A stretch of DNA of 64,000 nt from a virus, in the IMG/VR virus record IMGVR_UViG_3300023276_000008, positions 20,952-84,951 of that record; one strand, 5' to 3'. The notes under the pieces were generated by a model. That model was not told where the DNA came from, searched no databases, and saw only the letters and a program-made list of their open reading frames with translations. Shown here piece by piece: positions 19,792-30,897 of this stretch (position 1 is the first letter of the stretch; each line of letters opens with the position of its first letter). The position numbers and the translations under genes were made by a program.

Positions 19792-22625
19792 TAGATGATT
19801 AATATACCTCCTTGTGTTGATAATGGGGAGGATGATAATGTTATAGTTGTCGCAACTGACTGATAATCAGCGAAGAACATGGAATTCATACTATCGGTCG
19901 GTTTGTGAAGTTCATACTCAATGAAATCCACATCTGGGTATAAATTAAATTTATAATCGTGTAGATGGGGCATTCCATTCAAATCTTTTAGTAATGTAGT
20001 TAACGTAAATCTATTTGTGTGGGGAGAGAAGTTCATGTACACATCTGAGCAGTTGATATATTTAGTGGAAGTTTGTAATACTTCGAACTCATCTACATTT
20101 GATGAATTTAATGGGAATATCAATTCATTTGTGTTGCTAGGTATATTGTATTTAAATATAATAGGAACTGCTGAGAAATCGTTACCACTTATCTCGGTTG
20201 AGTTGGTGCTTAATGTGGAAAAATATACATCTCCTCCAAGTCTGAAGGTATTTGACAATTTATCAAACTCCCCAACATTCTCTCTTAATACAACTGGTGT
20301 AGTTCCACCCAAAATAAACGTGTCATCTATGGATAGGCTAATCTTATCGATTATTAGATAATTTCTAGTCTTGATGAATATAGTATCACTATAGATACTG
20401 AAATCAACCACATCGTTCGCAATTTCAACTGATGGGGCATATACCACATCTCCATTGTCTTTAACGATCTCAGTCATGCCAGTATCTTCTCCTTGATTAC
20501 CATAAGAGTAATTAACTACTGTTGAAGGATATCTTGAAACATAGTTTGTGAATATATCGGTAAATCTGTGAACCTCACCATCTTTGATGGTTTTTATCCA
20601 CAACACACCCCCAGTTTCTTTACGGATAAATAATTCATCAGTAGGGTTGGATGAGGTAGACTCATACGTGGTGACTGCCTCACTCGCAGGTATATATAGA
20701 TAATCTGGCTCGAATTCGATTAGACCTGATCCTATTTCAGTATTAATATCTACGAACCCAAATTTATCAAGTATCCATCCACCATCATACACATTAACAT
20801 TATTAGTTGGAGTATTTCTTGGAGATATGGTTAGATCACCATCCAATCCAGATAGAGGCACTATTCGTGTGCCTCCAGTTAATTCTGTATATGAGGAAAC
20901 GCCTCCCTCTGCCACAGTGTCGTAATATGTACTTGCTGTTATTGGACCATTGACAGGTGTTGTTGGATCATCTGACGATACCAATTCCACTAAGGGATTC
21001 CCTAAACTATCTACGAATGAAATACCATCCAATATAACCTCGTTTATCACTAATACTGGATCAGTGGGGTCTATTGGTTGGTTGTCATCCTTGAATGTCA
21101 AAAAGTTTAATGTATAGTGTCCAGATAGAGGATCGAAATCTTCTGTTAATGAGGATAATCCAGACCTATGCAGTTCATCATATGTCAATATATCAGATAC
21201 ACTATAATCAAATGAAGAACCTTCTGTAAAAAGAGTATCATAATAGGCATAACCATCCAATATTAGATTTTTTGTGATTGGGGTATTTGAAAACGAATCT
21301 TCGAAGGATTTTGTGAAATCCTGTGAATTTGATAATAGGGAGAACATGTTTCCATATATATCATACTTTGAATCTTTGACTGCTCCCTCGTTGAAAAGAT
21401 TATCGACAAATTTCTTCGTCTCTGGGGTGATATTAGATGTATATCCATGTGTTGATATATCCATCTTACCGAGTATTGGCTCATCTGCTATTAATCCAGA
21501 TGTGCCATTCCTTTTAACAAAATTTAAATCAAAAAAGAATGAGAGTACAGGATTAGCGTTTCCTGTCACATTTGGATCTGGGAAATAATATATTGAATCT
21601 GGTAATAGTTTACTAGTGTCTACTTCATAGCTATTAGTTTTACCCTCCACAAATAGTAGAGATGTGTTGGATGGTCGGAAGAACCCCATTTCTTCAACTG
21701 TATCGAATATAGTTGGAGCTGTTGCTACATTAGTAGGATTATATATATTTTGGTAGTCATTATAATCGTTCACACCCTTATCAAAAAGTGCTCCTGATAC
21801 ATACTCAGTACCTGTTGAGTTTGTGCTAAGATAATGAAACTCTGTTCCAATATACTTCTTAGACATCGATCTCTGATTATCTAACAAATCATCAACTTCT
21901 TTCAGACTTTTTAGCTCGTCCGACATATCGCCAAATAATTCTTCAATTATTACCGAATTATCTTTTAGGAAAATATCTGCTCCATAATCAAGACTCTTGG
22001 CATCATAGACAGCAGCATCGTAGGGAAGATTGAATGAATAGTCGTTAGTGTATAGTTCACGAATATCGACGAATATTTTCTCCTTGATCCTTTCAACATC
22101 ATATATGATACGAGAATCTTGCACGTTTTCGATATAATTTATTATATTTTCAATTATAGCTCGTTCAAGACCAAACGAAGTCCCCTTTATCTTTCTCTCA
22201 GTTATTCCATTCTTAATCAACTCTCGTTGATTATTGTAGTACCCCACAATTTCTTTCAACTTGCGTGTGAATATTGGTGTTGCTAATTCCAATTCGAGGG
22301 GGTTGGTGTAATCTAAATTGCTTAGATATTCTCTCTCTTCAATCGTGGTATAGTTTATAGATAGATCTTTGATAAAATCTCTATACAGTTGAGTAATAAT
22401 CACCTTTGAATCCACCGACGAAGTTTGTGTGGTAGTAGCCCAAGCCTTTAGATAGAAACTATAATAATTTTTAATAGTTTCTGGTTCAAAGGTTACTTTG
22501 ATTAACTTAATGAATTCTAGGAACCCAAATGGGGAATGTTGATCTAAAACATCAACATCCTTAACATTTTGGTTTGTTATTGATCTTGATACTGGAGGGT
22601 ATCCTATTTGACTGGCTTGTGACAT
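19791..22625 (-). CDS. large virion structural protein (baseplate-associated)
   Basis: 944 aa, KGT..GLE motif as in gp7-type wedge proteins; TAAATA-N6-ATG; baseplate context. Confidence 0.55.
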   Translation of the reverse strand: MSQASQIGYPPVSRSITNQNVKDVDVLDQHSPFGFLEFIKLIKVTFEPETIKNYYSFYLKAWATTTQTSSVDSKVIITQLYRDFIKDLSINYTTIEEREYLSNLDYTNPLELELATPIFTRKLKEIVGYYNNQRELIKNGITERKIKGTSFGLERAIIENIINYIENVQDSRIIYDVERIKEKIFVDIRELYTNDYSFNLPYDAAVYDAKSLDYGADIFLKDNSVIIEELFGDMSDELKSLKEVDDLLDNQRSMSKKYIGTEFHYLSTNSTGTEYVSGALFDKGVNDYNDYQNIYNPTNVATAPTIFDTVEEMGFFRPSNTSLLFVEGKTNSYEVDTSKLLPDSIYYFPDPNVTGNANPVLSFFFDLNFVKRNGTSGLIADEPILGKMDISTHGYTSNITPETKKFVDNLFNEGAVKDSKYDIYGNMFSLLSNSQDFTKSFEDSFSNTPITKNLILDGYAYYDTLFTEGSSFDYSVSDILTYDELHRSGLSSLTEDFDPLSGHYTLNFLTFKDDNQPIDPTDPVLVINEVILDGISFVDSLGNPLVELVSSDDPTTPVNGPITASTYYDTVAEGGVSSYTELTGGTRIVPLSGLDGDLTISPRNTPTNNVNVYDGGWILDKFGFVDINTEIGSGLIEFEPDYLYIPASEAVTTYESTSSNPTDELFIRKETGGVLWIKTIKDGEVHRFTDIFTNYVSRYPSTVVNYSYGNQGEDTGMTEIVKDNGDVVYAPSVEIANDVVDFSIYSDTIFIKTRNYLIIDKISLSIDDTFILGGTTPVVLRENVGEFDKLSNTFRLGGDVYFSTLSTNSTEISGNDFSAVPIIFKYNIPSNTNELIFPLNSSNVDEFEVLQTSTKYINCSDVYMNFSPHTNRFTLTTLLKDLNGMPHLHDYKFNLYPDVDFIEYELHKPTDSMNSMFFADYQSVATTITLSSSPLSTQGGILII

Positions 22626-22651
22626 CGATTATATTTATTGTAATAATATGA

Positions 22652-24805
22652 TTATTCAACAACTCTTGTTGATAAAACATCAGTTAATGTATCGTACATG
22701 ATTACATCGAACAAATTGTATTGACCTTCCTTCTTAGACTTGAACTCATCGTGTGATACACTTGTCTGTTCAAACTCGAAATTAATGTTTCCTCCAAGAA
22801 TGGTATCATCGTATTCTGGAGTAAACTCAAAGAATCTATAGAATTTAGGAATATCGTCCAAAGTGTTAGAATCGTTTAGTACCAACCCCCATCCGAAATC
22901 CTCATTATATGAACTTAGTGGATATTGAGAAGCACTCAATGATTCAGTTGGTTGGTAAGTATTCAATCTCATGTATTCTCCACTGAATTTCTCTAACGCT
23001 ACAATATCTATACCCGCAGAGCATTCATAGGTATATAAGTCGATCTCATCACCCAAATTTTTACCATAAGTCAATCTGTCTGTATGTCCTCTAGAATCGA
23101 AATTCTCTTGGAATTTATTCTTATACCCAATTAAACCTCCATCATCTATAGAGAACATATTAACGTGTCTTGATATGGTATCTGGAAAATTCATAATGCT
23201 AGAATCAAATACGTTGATTGTTTTACCAACCATATTATTAGCAGAGTTGAGTGCGAATATATCACACTTATCAACATTCACATTATTATCCACGAAGTTT
23301 GTTATTTTTTCGTGGGTTTTTACCCCGAAATTATTATTAACATCCCCGCCAGCGTCCCCCATAATAGATCCGATGAATTCATCAAATAATACTGGTTGAT
23401 TTAGCATAGACTCTTGGAAAGTGAGGCTTTTGATAGTTTCTATAGGTGAAAATTCTTCGCCATATTTATAAAGTTTGTAGGGATTCTCATTATATACTCT
23501 AAGCTCGACATGTTCTCCCGATACACTGGCAGATGACATATTATATCCTGATATAGTAATATCCGCATATTCCCCACTAAGTTGATTAAACTTTAAAGTA
23601 TATCTATGTGCCCACACATTTTCAGTATCAATTGCTCCACTTAGAGGAACCTGAGTGAGTTCATATAACTCAACAGGAACTGCGCCACCAGCAGAGTATG
23701 ATATAACGATTTCTGGTGTAAATTCTAGAGGATTAGATACCGCGCCAATGTCTGCTGGATTCCCCCCGACATCATATAACTCATCTACATATTTTATAGT
23801 GTATGGGAAATTAGGGTTTCTGCCAGTTACCATAAATTGGAATGGGGTGTTAATGTACTTGATATCAGATACTTGGAATGTGTCAACGCCCAGACCCTCA
23901 CCTAACATGCCATTAGATGATATCCCGATGGTTACATCCCCATCAGACTCATATGCTAATGAATTATATACATTTATCCCTATTTTTAAGAATGTTGTAT
24001 TATGTACGTTTGACTCTACTCCATAGGACTCACTGAATACATATTGATCATTGTCATAATATAGAGACAGTGTTAGATCTTCTTGAGGTGTGTCGTGACT
24101 AAGATAGACATCTTGTGATGCGGTCATCCCTGCATAGAATGAGGAATCTACGAATTCGCTAGATTGTACAACCTCGCCTGAATCGTCCATAATCACATAA
24201 ACTGGATCATATACAAATTCGATATAATCAACCTTATCGTATTGATGGGTTGCTAAAATATTATTATATATCTTCTTGTGTAGTGTGTAGAATAGGTCTA
24301 AATGCGCATACGGAGTGCTCTTTATGTCTCTCCATGCTTTACAATCTTCGCTATTGTCAATATGATAATTAACATTGATTGCCGTTTGATAATGGGGTAC
24401 AGTTGTTGTGATGGTGAGAGCGTCTGATATAATAGCAGCAGATAATGTTTCTATGGAAGTAGTATCTCCAGTAGTGAAATTGAGTGGTATAAAATCAAGT
24501 ATAACCACCTCCTGTGTGTATGTGGAGTATATCACCTTATTGCCACAACCATACACCACAAGCTGAACCAAATAGCTTCCAGCCCTATCGTAGTGCTTTA
24601 TGGGAGAGAAATCATTGGAAGTGGTTCCATCACCAAATATCCATTCGATATTGCCTCTATATTTCTCATTAGCGTTTGGGATAAATTTTAAAAACGTTTG
24701 TTCGAAGCTATACGCACTTAACGTAGGTGATCCTGTGTGATCCTCTACCTCAAATGTGATTAAGTCTATATTTATACCTTCTGTTTGTTGGTCTGTGTTA
24801 CTCAT
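22652..24805 (-). CDS. PKD-domain baseplate/structural protein
   Basis: EWIFGDGTTS...P.KHY..AGSYLVQLVV PKD motif; directly downstream of gp6. Confidence 0.65.
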   Translation of the reverse strand: MSNTDQQTEGINIDLITFEVEDHTGSPTLSAYSFEQTFLKFIPNANEKYRGNIEWIFGDGTTSNDFSPIKHYDRAGSYLVQLVVYGCGNKVIYSTYTQEVVILDFIPLNFTTGDTTSIETLSAAIISDALTITTTVPHYQTAINVNYHIDNSEDCKAWRDIKSTPYAHLDLFYTLHKKIYNNILATHQYDKVDYIEFVYDPVYVIMDDSGEVVQSSEFVDSSFYAGMTASQDVYLSHDTPQEDLTLSLYYDNDQYVFSESYGVESNVHNTTFLKIGINVYNSLAYESDGDVTIGISSNGMLGEGLGVDTFQVSDIKYINTPFQFMVTGRNPNFPYTIKYVDELYDVGGNPADIGAVSNPLEFTPEIVISYSAGGAVPVELYELTQVPLSGAIDTENVWAHRYTLKFNQLSGEYADITISGYNMSSASVSGEHVELRVYNENPYKLYKYGEEFSPIETIKSLTFQESMLNQPVLFDEFIGSIMGDAGGDVNNNFGVKTHEKITNFVDNNVNVDKCDIFALNSANNMVGKTINVFDSSIMNFPDTISRHVNMFSIDDGGLIGYKNKFQENFDSRGHTDRLTYGKNLGDEIDLYTYECSAGIDIVALEKFSGEYMRLNTYQPTESLSASQYPLSSYNEDFGWGLVLNDSNTLDDIPKFYRFFEFTPEYDDTILGGNINFEFEQTSVSHDEFKSKKEGQYNLFDVIMYDTLTDVLSTRVVE

Positions 24806-26615
24806 CTACAATCTCAATTTTATTAATTAGTGCGTTTGGTGCATATAGGTATGGGAATTTGAAGAAGTCTAATGTGGTGGTCTGATTCAATAGATTTATG
24901 TCAGATCCTTCAAAAACTGGATTCCATGTGATGAAGCTCAAACCTTCAAACGTGATAGATTCGTCAGTATTTGTAGTTACTATTTTCTTAACCCCCTCCA
25001 ATGATAATATAGAGGATACCAAATCGGTTAATTGAATTGTACCTCCTAAAGTATTATTAGATGATTTAAAAAACTCCGTTATTAGGTTATATATACTACC
25101 TTTTAGGTTTTCTTTGGAAATTTTGTTGTTCCTCTCTCTAGTCACCCTAATCACTGAGTAGTCCTTACTAGTCGTATCATCAGCAACGTTGGTAAACCCA
25201 ACATCGAATGCTATATAGATGGGATCTCTTGGAACAACCTCATGGCTAAGTATCTTCTTATCTAAAGAAGATGTCTTTATGACAGATTTGAAGTTGTTGC
25301 TAAGAAATTCGGGGTATTGTCCATCCACAGTGTTTGTGAATGCTGGTACACAGAACACGTTCACATTATTATAGTCGCATGAGTCTGCATAATTGACTTG
25401 GTTCAATAAAACTCTATTGACTTTATTTGGATCTACACATATGTCATAGAAGTATTGTATGTAAGAGGCTTGGAATGTGGTATTATCGACAACCTTAACA
25501 TCGTTTAGGACTGATGGCATAGTCTTCTTGTAAAATGCTTCATAGTCTTCAGTTGTTACTAATCGTAGTTGGTTGCTTAAGAATAGAGATGCATTATCAC
25601 GAATATCATCCACACCTTCTTCATCAGAAGGTACTGTTGAATTTGTCGTATTGTTGAATAATATATTGTTTGATATGGTGTTATCAATTGATATATCATT
25701 ATCGAGATTGATATCATCATATATCTCAGTGAATCTGGATGTGTTGTATTGAAAGATTTTCTTGCCACTTAGTGCATTCTTACTAATTATGCCCTTTTGG
25801 TTGTCACTGAGAATATAGTATATAGCAACTTCATCATCTGTAGATAATTGTCTACCAAATGTGCCATTACCAAACTTGATTACATAGTGACCATGTTCGT
25901 TCAACCTAATTTCATAACTGCGTCCTTTAATCTCAGATAGGTATAGGGAATCCACTTCATCATATTGTCTCCATGCACCAGTCTCCTTCTCCTTAACATA
26001 TACAACTACGCTACCGTGGGATATGAACCTATCATCAGCATTATCTACTATATTATCAACAGCTATAGTCACCTTCTCGAATGTTTCTCCTTCAGCAACA
26101 TATGTTGGATATTCTCCAATCTTACCCTGTTGCAAAATAGTATTATTTGATACGCTATCTATATATTGCTCCCCTGTCGCGGTTTTCTCAAAGGATACAT
26201 CATCCTCTAAAGTGTATTGAATATTATCAATAAGGAAATATGAAAATTTTCGAAGCTTATACGCCCCGATATCCAATGAAGCCTTGGCTGTAGCCTCTAG
26301 CGGTATAATTGATGTCTGCTTACCTGTTGGTTTATAGTCAATCAACTTCACGATATTATTCATGTTCTCGTATAGAGAAGATTGGGAGAATAAACTTTCT
26401 GATGATGTTTGGTTTAGGTAGAATAGAAGGGTGTGGTTATAATACCCCAATATTTCAATTATTGCGTTTAGGTTACTACCTGCATATACTTGATCGGTAA
26501 AGTCAGTGTTGTTACTGAGCTGTTCGATCATAAAATCCCTCAATGAAATTGCATCGAAGTTCGCATACGCATTCTGAGGTAATTTATATTCTAAAGATTG
26601 ATTTTCTATACTCAT
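24798..26615 (-). CDS. gp6: baseplate wedge subunit
   Basis: FD...LR......FTD..Y.GSNL..IIEILGY, SES..S.S...N...I.K..DYKP, IKFGNG.FG, E..DDIR.NA.....Q.RLVT..DY. Confidence 0.92.
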   Translation of the reverse strand: MSIENQSLEYKLPQNAYANFDAISLRDFMIEQLSNNTDFTDQVYAGSNLNAIIEILGYYNHTLLFYLNQTSSESLFSQSSLYENMNNIVKLIDYKPTGKQTSIIPLEATAKASLDIGAYKLRKFSYFLIDNIQYTLEDDVSFEKTATGEQYIDSVSNNTILQQGKIGEYPTYVAEGETFEKVTIAVDNIVDNADDRFISHGSVVVYVKEKETGAWRQYDEVDSLYLSEIKGRSYEIRLNEHGHYVIKFGNGTFGRQLSTDDEVAIYYILSDNQKGIISKNALSGKKIFQYNTSRFTEIYDDINLDNDISIDNTISNNILFNNTTNSTVPSDEEGVDDIRDNASLFLSNQLRLVTTEDYEAFYKKTMPSVLNDVKVVDNTTFQASYIQYFYDICVDPNKVNRVLLNQVNYADSCDYNNVNVFCVPAFTNTVDGQYPEFLSNNFKSVIKTSSLDKKILSHEVVPRDPIYIAFDVGFTNVADDTTSKDYSVIRVTRERNNKISKENLKGSIYNLITEFFKSSNNTLGGTIQLTDLVSSILSLEGVKKIVTTNTDESITFEGLSFITWNPVFEGSDINLLNQTTTLDFFKFPYLYAPNALINKIEIVDE

Positions 26616-26630
26616 TGGATCTATTTAATG

Positions 26631-27116
26631 TTAAATGACGGCATATCCAGCAGAATTCAATTTACTTTTGATTGATAGACCATATATGTTCAAAGTTGGT
26701 ATGTTTAGCTGCATTACGATGTATATTTCGTTTTTGTCAGGATCAGCAGATACCAACACTTCATCTACAGTCACTCTAGGTTCAAATCTAGGTAATTCTC
26801 GAAGAATATCTGATTCAATTGCGAATAATGTGGAATCGTTGATAGGTTCGAACAAATAACTCCTCAGATCGACCCCATATTCAGGTTCTAATATCTTTTC
26901 CCCCTTAGCTGTGGTGAATGCTGTTCCAATACTCACTAATATTGATTCTTTGTCGTACTGCGCCTGCACATCCTCCAATTTCTGAGATTGGTTGAGGTGT
27001 GCAGAAAAACGAGTCTGATTGTTTAAATCAAGAAGAATATCTTTGTATAAAAAATCAGACTCGATGCTTTTTTCGGTCTTTTTTGACTTACTGATAGATT
27101 TAATTTTGATTGCCAT
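26631..27116 (-). CDS. gp25: baseplate wedge subunit
   Basis: YKDI.LDL...SI...F.T.KGEKIL.PEYG.DL..YLFEP...FEPRV. Confidence 0.93.
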   Translation of the reverse strand: MAIKIKSISKSKKTEKSIESDFLYKDILLDLNNQTRFSAHLNQSQKLEDVQAQYDKESILVSIGTAFTTAKGEKILEPEYGVDLRSYLFEPINDSTLFAIESDILRELPRFEPRVTVDEVLVSADPDKNEIYIVMQLNIPTLNIYGLSIKSKLNSAGYAVI

Positions 27117-27143
27117 CAGTAGTATTTAGGAGTTTGGTTAAAT

Positions 27144-28619
27144 CTATACTCTCTTAGTAATTTTTTTATTGGCTTTGAGGCTTTCACACACTTGCATCAG
27201 ATCTAGAGTCATATCATCTACATCTAGGTTATGAATATTAGACATATAGCTTTCCGCGATTGAATCAAATGATTCTTCCAATTCATATGGAATCTGAGCC
27301 TTACCAAATAAGTTATTTGGATCTCTTGTATATGCCAAGGATTTTATGTGTTTGATGTGGTGGGGTTGCAACCTACCATCTGATTCTGATCCTGCTCCAC
27401 CCATCACATCAGCGTTCTTTAAAAACGAAACTATGTTATTCATAGCATCATTGTGATCTTTGGGGCTATTGTAATAGTCCTCATAGTCTAGTAATATATC
27501 TTCGAGGGATATACTGGCTAATACTGCTTCTTTTCCTAATAGAGCATCAAATTCTGCATTCATCTCCTCTGCCTTTGCAGTTAAATCCTCACTATCACGA
27601 ATTGCTTTCTTTGCTACCCCACTAGGTTTAGCTGATCTCCCCTTAATACCCAGAGCACTAGTTAACGCTTTATTGCTTTTTTTATCAACAATAGATTGTT
27701 TAAGTTTATCTAATCGACCTTTTGCTTTTCCAGAGTTGTTGATGATTTTACCATATAGACTAGTTACAAAATTTTCCGCATTGAATCTGTTCATCACCCT
27801 TGAAATACCATTCATGCTGCCACTATCTTCAGTATTCCATAGATAATCTTTAAATGAATCTAATTTGTCTTTAACGTCTTCTTTAGATAATTTCATAATC
27901 CAATTAAGTGGATTTCTAGAATCTTCATACTCATATTCAAGAATGTTTCTGATGATAGGTGTCATACTGGATGGGTCGGAACTTAGGTATTTAAACAACT
28001 CTTTATTATCCATGTTCTCCAGTTTATCCATTATACCAGCATGTCTATCCAACTCTGCTTGAACCATTGCAGCTTCTCCATCATCAAGCCCTTCTAAACT
28101 TCCACCTAATGCTAAAGCATTCTTGGCAGAATCGCTTAACTCCATGTTATCAATATCATCTTCTAATGTACTTGCCAGTTCAGAAGTCATGTTATCAACT
28201 GCTTTGGAAATTTCTTCCTGTAGATAAGTCCAGTGAGTATTTAGGAGAATATCATAATTTCTCTCCCAGTGGTTTTTTGAAATATTATCCGCAGTAGATT
28301 GCATTGCTCCGTCTACACTAGCTCCCAATGCATCCATTTCTCGTTCTGTGGCAGACACTTCCTTCTCTTCTCCTTTACCTTGTGAAATGGTTCTATCAAC
28401 TTCATCACTCAATGTACCTAATACATATTGAGGATTCTCAGAAGGGTCAATATGTTTAGCTATATTATTAACAAATTCCTTATCAGCGGCTAATAATTCC
28501 ACTGCGAACTGCTGAATGCCTTGTCGGTCCTTTTCCATACCTAATGCACTATTATCATTCAGCCCACGCTTATGATATCTTTCATCAGTTGCTTCTGCTA
28601 TTAATTTATTCAAGCTCAT
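27144..28619 (-). CDS. hypothetical helical protein (possible internal head protein)
   Basis: 491 aa; MSLNKLIAE leader; TAAATA-N5-ATG. Confidence 0.65.
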   Translation of the reverse strand: MSLNKLIAEATDERYHKRGLNDNSALGMEKDRQGIQQFAVELLAADKEFVNNIAKHIDPSENPQYVLGTLSDEVDRTISQGKGEEKEVSATEREMDALGASVDGAMQSTADNISKNHWERNYDILLNTHWTYLQEEISKAVDNMTSELASTLEDDIDNMELSDSAKNALALGGSLEGLDDGEAAMVQAELDRHAGIMDKLENMDNKELFKYLSSDPSSMTPIIRNILEYEYEDSRNPLNWIMKLSKEDVKDKLDSFKDYLWNTEDSGSMNGISRVMNRFNAENFVTSLYGKIINNSGKAKGRLDKLKQSIVDKKSNKALTSALGIKGRSAKPSGVAKKAIRDSEDLTAKAEEMNAEFDALLGKEAVLASISLEDILLDYEDYYNSPKDHNDAMNNIVSFLKNADVMGGAGSESDGRLQPHHIKHIKSLAYTRDPNNLFGKAQIPYELEESFDSIAESYMSNIHNLDVDDMTLDLMQVCESLKANKKITKRV

Positions 28620-28655
28620 ATCCCTATTTAATGAATTAAAAAGGTAAATATAGGT

Positions 28656-29201
28656 ATGACTTCCAAATTCAATGAATTATACGAATCTTACTCAAAGCGA
28701 TACGAGCTTGGAGGCTTTTTAGTTGGCGATTTCGTGGTATTCAGACCAGATTATAAAAACAATGAATCTTATAAGGCTATGAATAGTGTTATGAAGACAC
28801 ATGTTGACCAAGTAGTTGATTCAGGTGTACCACTTCGAGTTAGTGGACTAGGTAATAAGTATGGCACTAATACCAACTTAGAGCGTTATATCAAGCCCGA
28901 TGATGCAGTAGTTACTGTGTCTGTCGATGAAGGTGGTGGACGCTGGTTAGGTAAGATTTCAGTAGGTGCTGGTATGTTAGACATTGCAACCAACACAAGA
29001 TTTTGTGGGGTTGGTGATGAAAACAAAAAACCTCTTAAAAAAGGAGAAACTTGGACACATGGTGAATATGAAGTTGATGAAGACCACATTACTCGCCAAA
29101 CCGATAAAGGTAATGGCAAAAACTCTAAAACAAATATTAAGTTGGAACACACTTCTGACTTAAATGACATCGTAACCAATTTATTAAACGAAAAAGTATA
29201 A
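28656..29201 (+). CDS. hypothetical protein (possible head protein)
   Basis: 181 aa; MTSKFNELYES leader; TAAATA-N5-ATG. Confidence 0.65.
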   Translation: MTSKFNELYESYSKRYELGGFLVGDFVVFRPDYKNNESYKAMNSVMKTHVDQVVDSGVPLRVSGLGNKYGTNTNLERYIKPDDAVVTVSVDEGGGRWLGKISVGAGMLDIATNTRFCGVGDENKKPLKKGETWTHGEYEVDEDHITRQTDKGNGKNSKTNIKLEHTSDLNDIVTNLLNEKV

Positions 29202-29204
29202 ATA
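29197..29204 (+). promoter_or_regulatory. T4-type late promoter TATAAATA (representative of about 30 TAAATA sites)
   Basis: Exact T4 gp55 consensus 5 nt before ATG 29210; core TAAATA recurs before most late genes. Confidence 0.75.
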
Positions 29205-29209
29205 CTGAT

Positions 29210-29896
29210 ATGTATAAGAGAAATTCGTACAAGTTACTTTCAGAGCAATATGATGTGATGCTCCTTAAAGAATCCGCGCCATCATTAAATATTTATGAAC
29301 TACAATCTAAGATTGGGTACATGAATTTGTCTGAAGCTACGTGGACTGCTGAATTCTCCGAAAAGATTCTTAATGAATTCTTTGGTGGTGGTGTAAAAGC
29401 TCTTGGTAAAGGTATTGGTGGTGCAATTGGCGGTGCTGCAAAAAAGGCTGGTGGGAAGCTTAGACAAGCTGGAGCAGATAAAGCAGCAGATTTGGCTGGA
29501 AAAGCTAAGGCTGGCGCACAAGCTGGAATGGATAAACTCCAAGCAGGTGCAGATGCAGTTAAAGGCAAAGTTCAGGATGGTGCTGACGCAGTTAGAGATG
29601 GTATCGACAATGTTAAGGATCGTGCTGGTAATATGATGGATGATGTTAAAGATGTTTATCAACAAGGTGGACATGAAGCACAACTTCAGAAAGCACAACA
29701 ACGAGCTGAGAAGACAGTTGGCGATCTTATGTCAATCCTTCAAATGGCAGAACAGGAATATGGTCTTGCATTCAGTGGTCCAGTTGAACAACTCCCACTT
29801 GGTGAAGTTGTTAGTGAGCTAGTCAATGCGGCTAAGGGTGCTGGAAATATTAAACGTTCCGCACAAAGAAAACTAGGTAAGTTTGGAGCTAGATAA
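29210..29896 (+). CDS. Ala/Gly/Lys-rich helical-repeat protein (LEA-like)
   Basis: 228 aa; AGADKAADLAGKAKAGAQAG...DAVKGKVQDGADAVRDG 11-mer-like repeats. Confidence 0.65.
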   Translation: MYKRNSYKLLSEQYDVMLLKESAPSLNIYELQSKIGYMNLSEATWTAEFSEKILNEFFGGGVKALGKGIGGAIGGAAKKAGGKLRQAGADKAADLAGKAKAGAQAGMDKLQAGADAVKGKVQDGADAVRDGIDNVKDRAGNMMDDVKDVYQQGGHEAQLQKAQQRAEKTVGDLMSILQMAEQEYGLAFSGPVEQLPLGEVVSELVNAAKGAGNIKRSAQRKLGKFGAR

Positions 29897-29907
29897 ATAA
29901 GTTTAAC

Positions 29908-29944
29908 AAAAAGGGCGAGGTTTAATAACCTCGCCCTTTTTTTT
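29908..29944. terminator. bidirectional rho-independent terminator
   Basis: AAAAAGGGCGAGGTT-taat-AACCTCGCCCTTTTTTTT between convergent genes. Confidence 0.9.
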
Positions 29945-29958
29945 GTCGCTGTATTAGT

Positions 29959-30897
29959 CTATTCCATTAAACTTTTCTCCATATTGAGTATACAGGCATA
30001 GCAGTTGATCTCCTTATTGAGAACAACCTCATGTTTCTCCATATGTTGAGCAACTATCATCATTAGAGACTTTTTATAGTGTTCTTGTATAGCATTGTCG
30101 CTATATATCACCTCAAACATATCATCCATTAGCTTTCTATAGTCATTGGAGAACATATCAGTAGAATCCTTGATAATACCTCTAAGATGTTCCATTTTGC
30201 CAGTGATCACACTATTTATAATTTGTTTAGCTAGAGATGAATCATCCACAGCAGCTTTATTGAGAAGTATGTTACCTGTAGCACACACTTTCTGCAATTC
30301 GTTGATTACTTTACGAAAATCGGGCATATGTCTCTTAATCAACGCTCCCAACGATTTGAGATCGTCTGCGGTATAACTAATACCTTCCTCCTTAAGTATT
30401 TTATCACATCTTCTAAGACAATCGTTCAAAGGGTTCTTAATGTTGACTGCTACACATCTAGAAGCAATAGCATCTTGAATTTTGTGTTGAAAATTCCCTG
30501 TGATGATAAATCTGATATTTGATTGAGCATTCTCCATCAAATTACGAAGACATTTCTGTCCATCAACAGTAGTTCCATCGAATTCATCTAATATAGCCAC
30601 TTTAATACCACCATTGGAACTTCGAGTCTTGGCAAACTTCATTACCTTGTCTCGAATGGTATCAATTCCGTTTTCGTCAGAGGCATTGATATATAGATGG
30701 TCACATTTCATGATATCATCCACAATTATCCTCGCTAACGAGGTTTTTCCTATACCTGCTGTACCCACCAACATTAAATGGGGTATACACACTTCTTCCG
30801 AGAAGGTTTCGAGATATGTCCTTGATGCATCATCAAGGATTAGATCGTCTAAACATTTCGGTCTATATTTCTCAGTCCATAATTCACTATATTTCAT
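29959..30897 (-). CDS. gp44: sliding-clamp loader ATPase subunit
   Basis: LWTEKYRP..LDDLIL, G.AGIGKT, INASDENGIDTIR, ILDEFD, Q..LRN.ME, SRC, PDFRK.IN.LQ. Confidence 0.95.
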   Translation of the reverse strand: MKYSELWTEKYRPKCLDDLILDDASRTYLETFSEEVCIPHLMLVGTAGIGKTSLARIIVDDIMKCDHLYINASDENGIDTIRDKVMKFAKTRSSNGGIKVAILDEFDGTTVDGQKCLRNLMENAQSNIRFIITGNFQHKIQDAIASRCVAVNIKNPLNDCLRRCDKILKEEGISYTADDLKSLGALIKRHMPDFRKVINELQKVCATGNILLNKAAVDDSSLAKQIINSVITGKMEHLRGIIKDSTDMFSNDYRKLMDDMFEVIYSDNAIQEHYKKSLMMIVAQHMEKHEVVLNKEINCYACILNMEKSLME

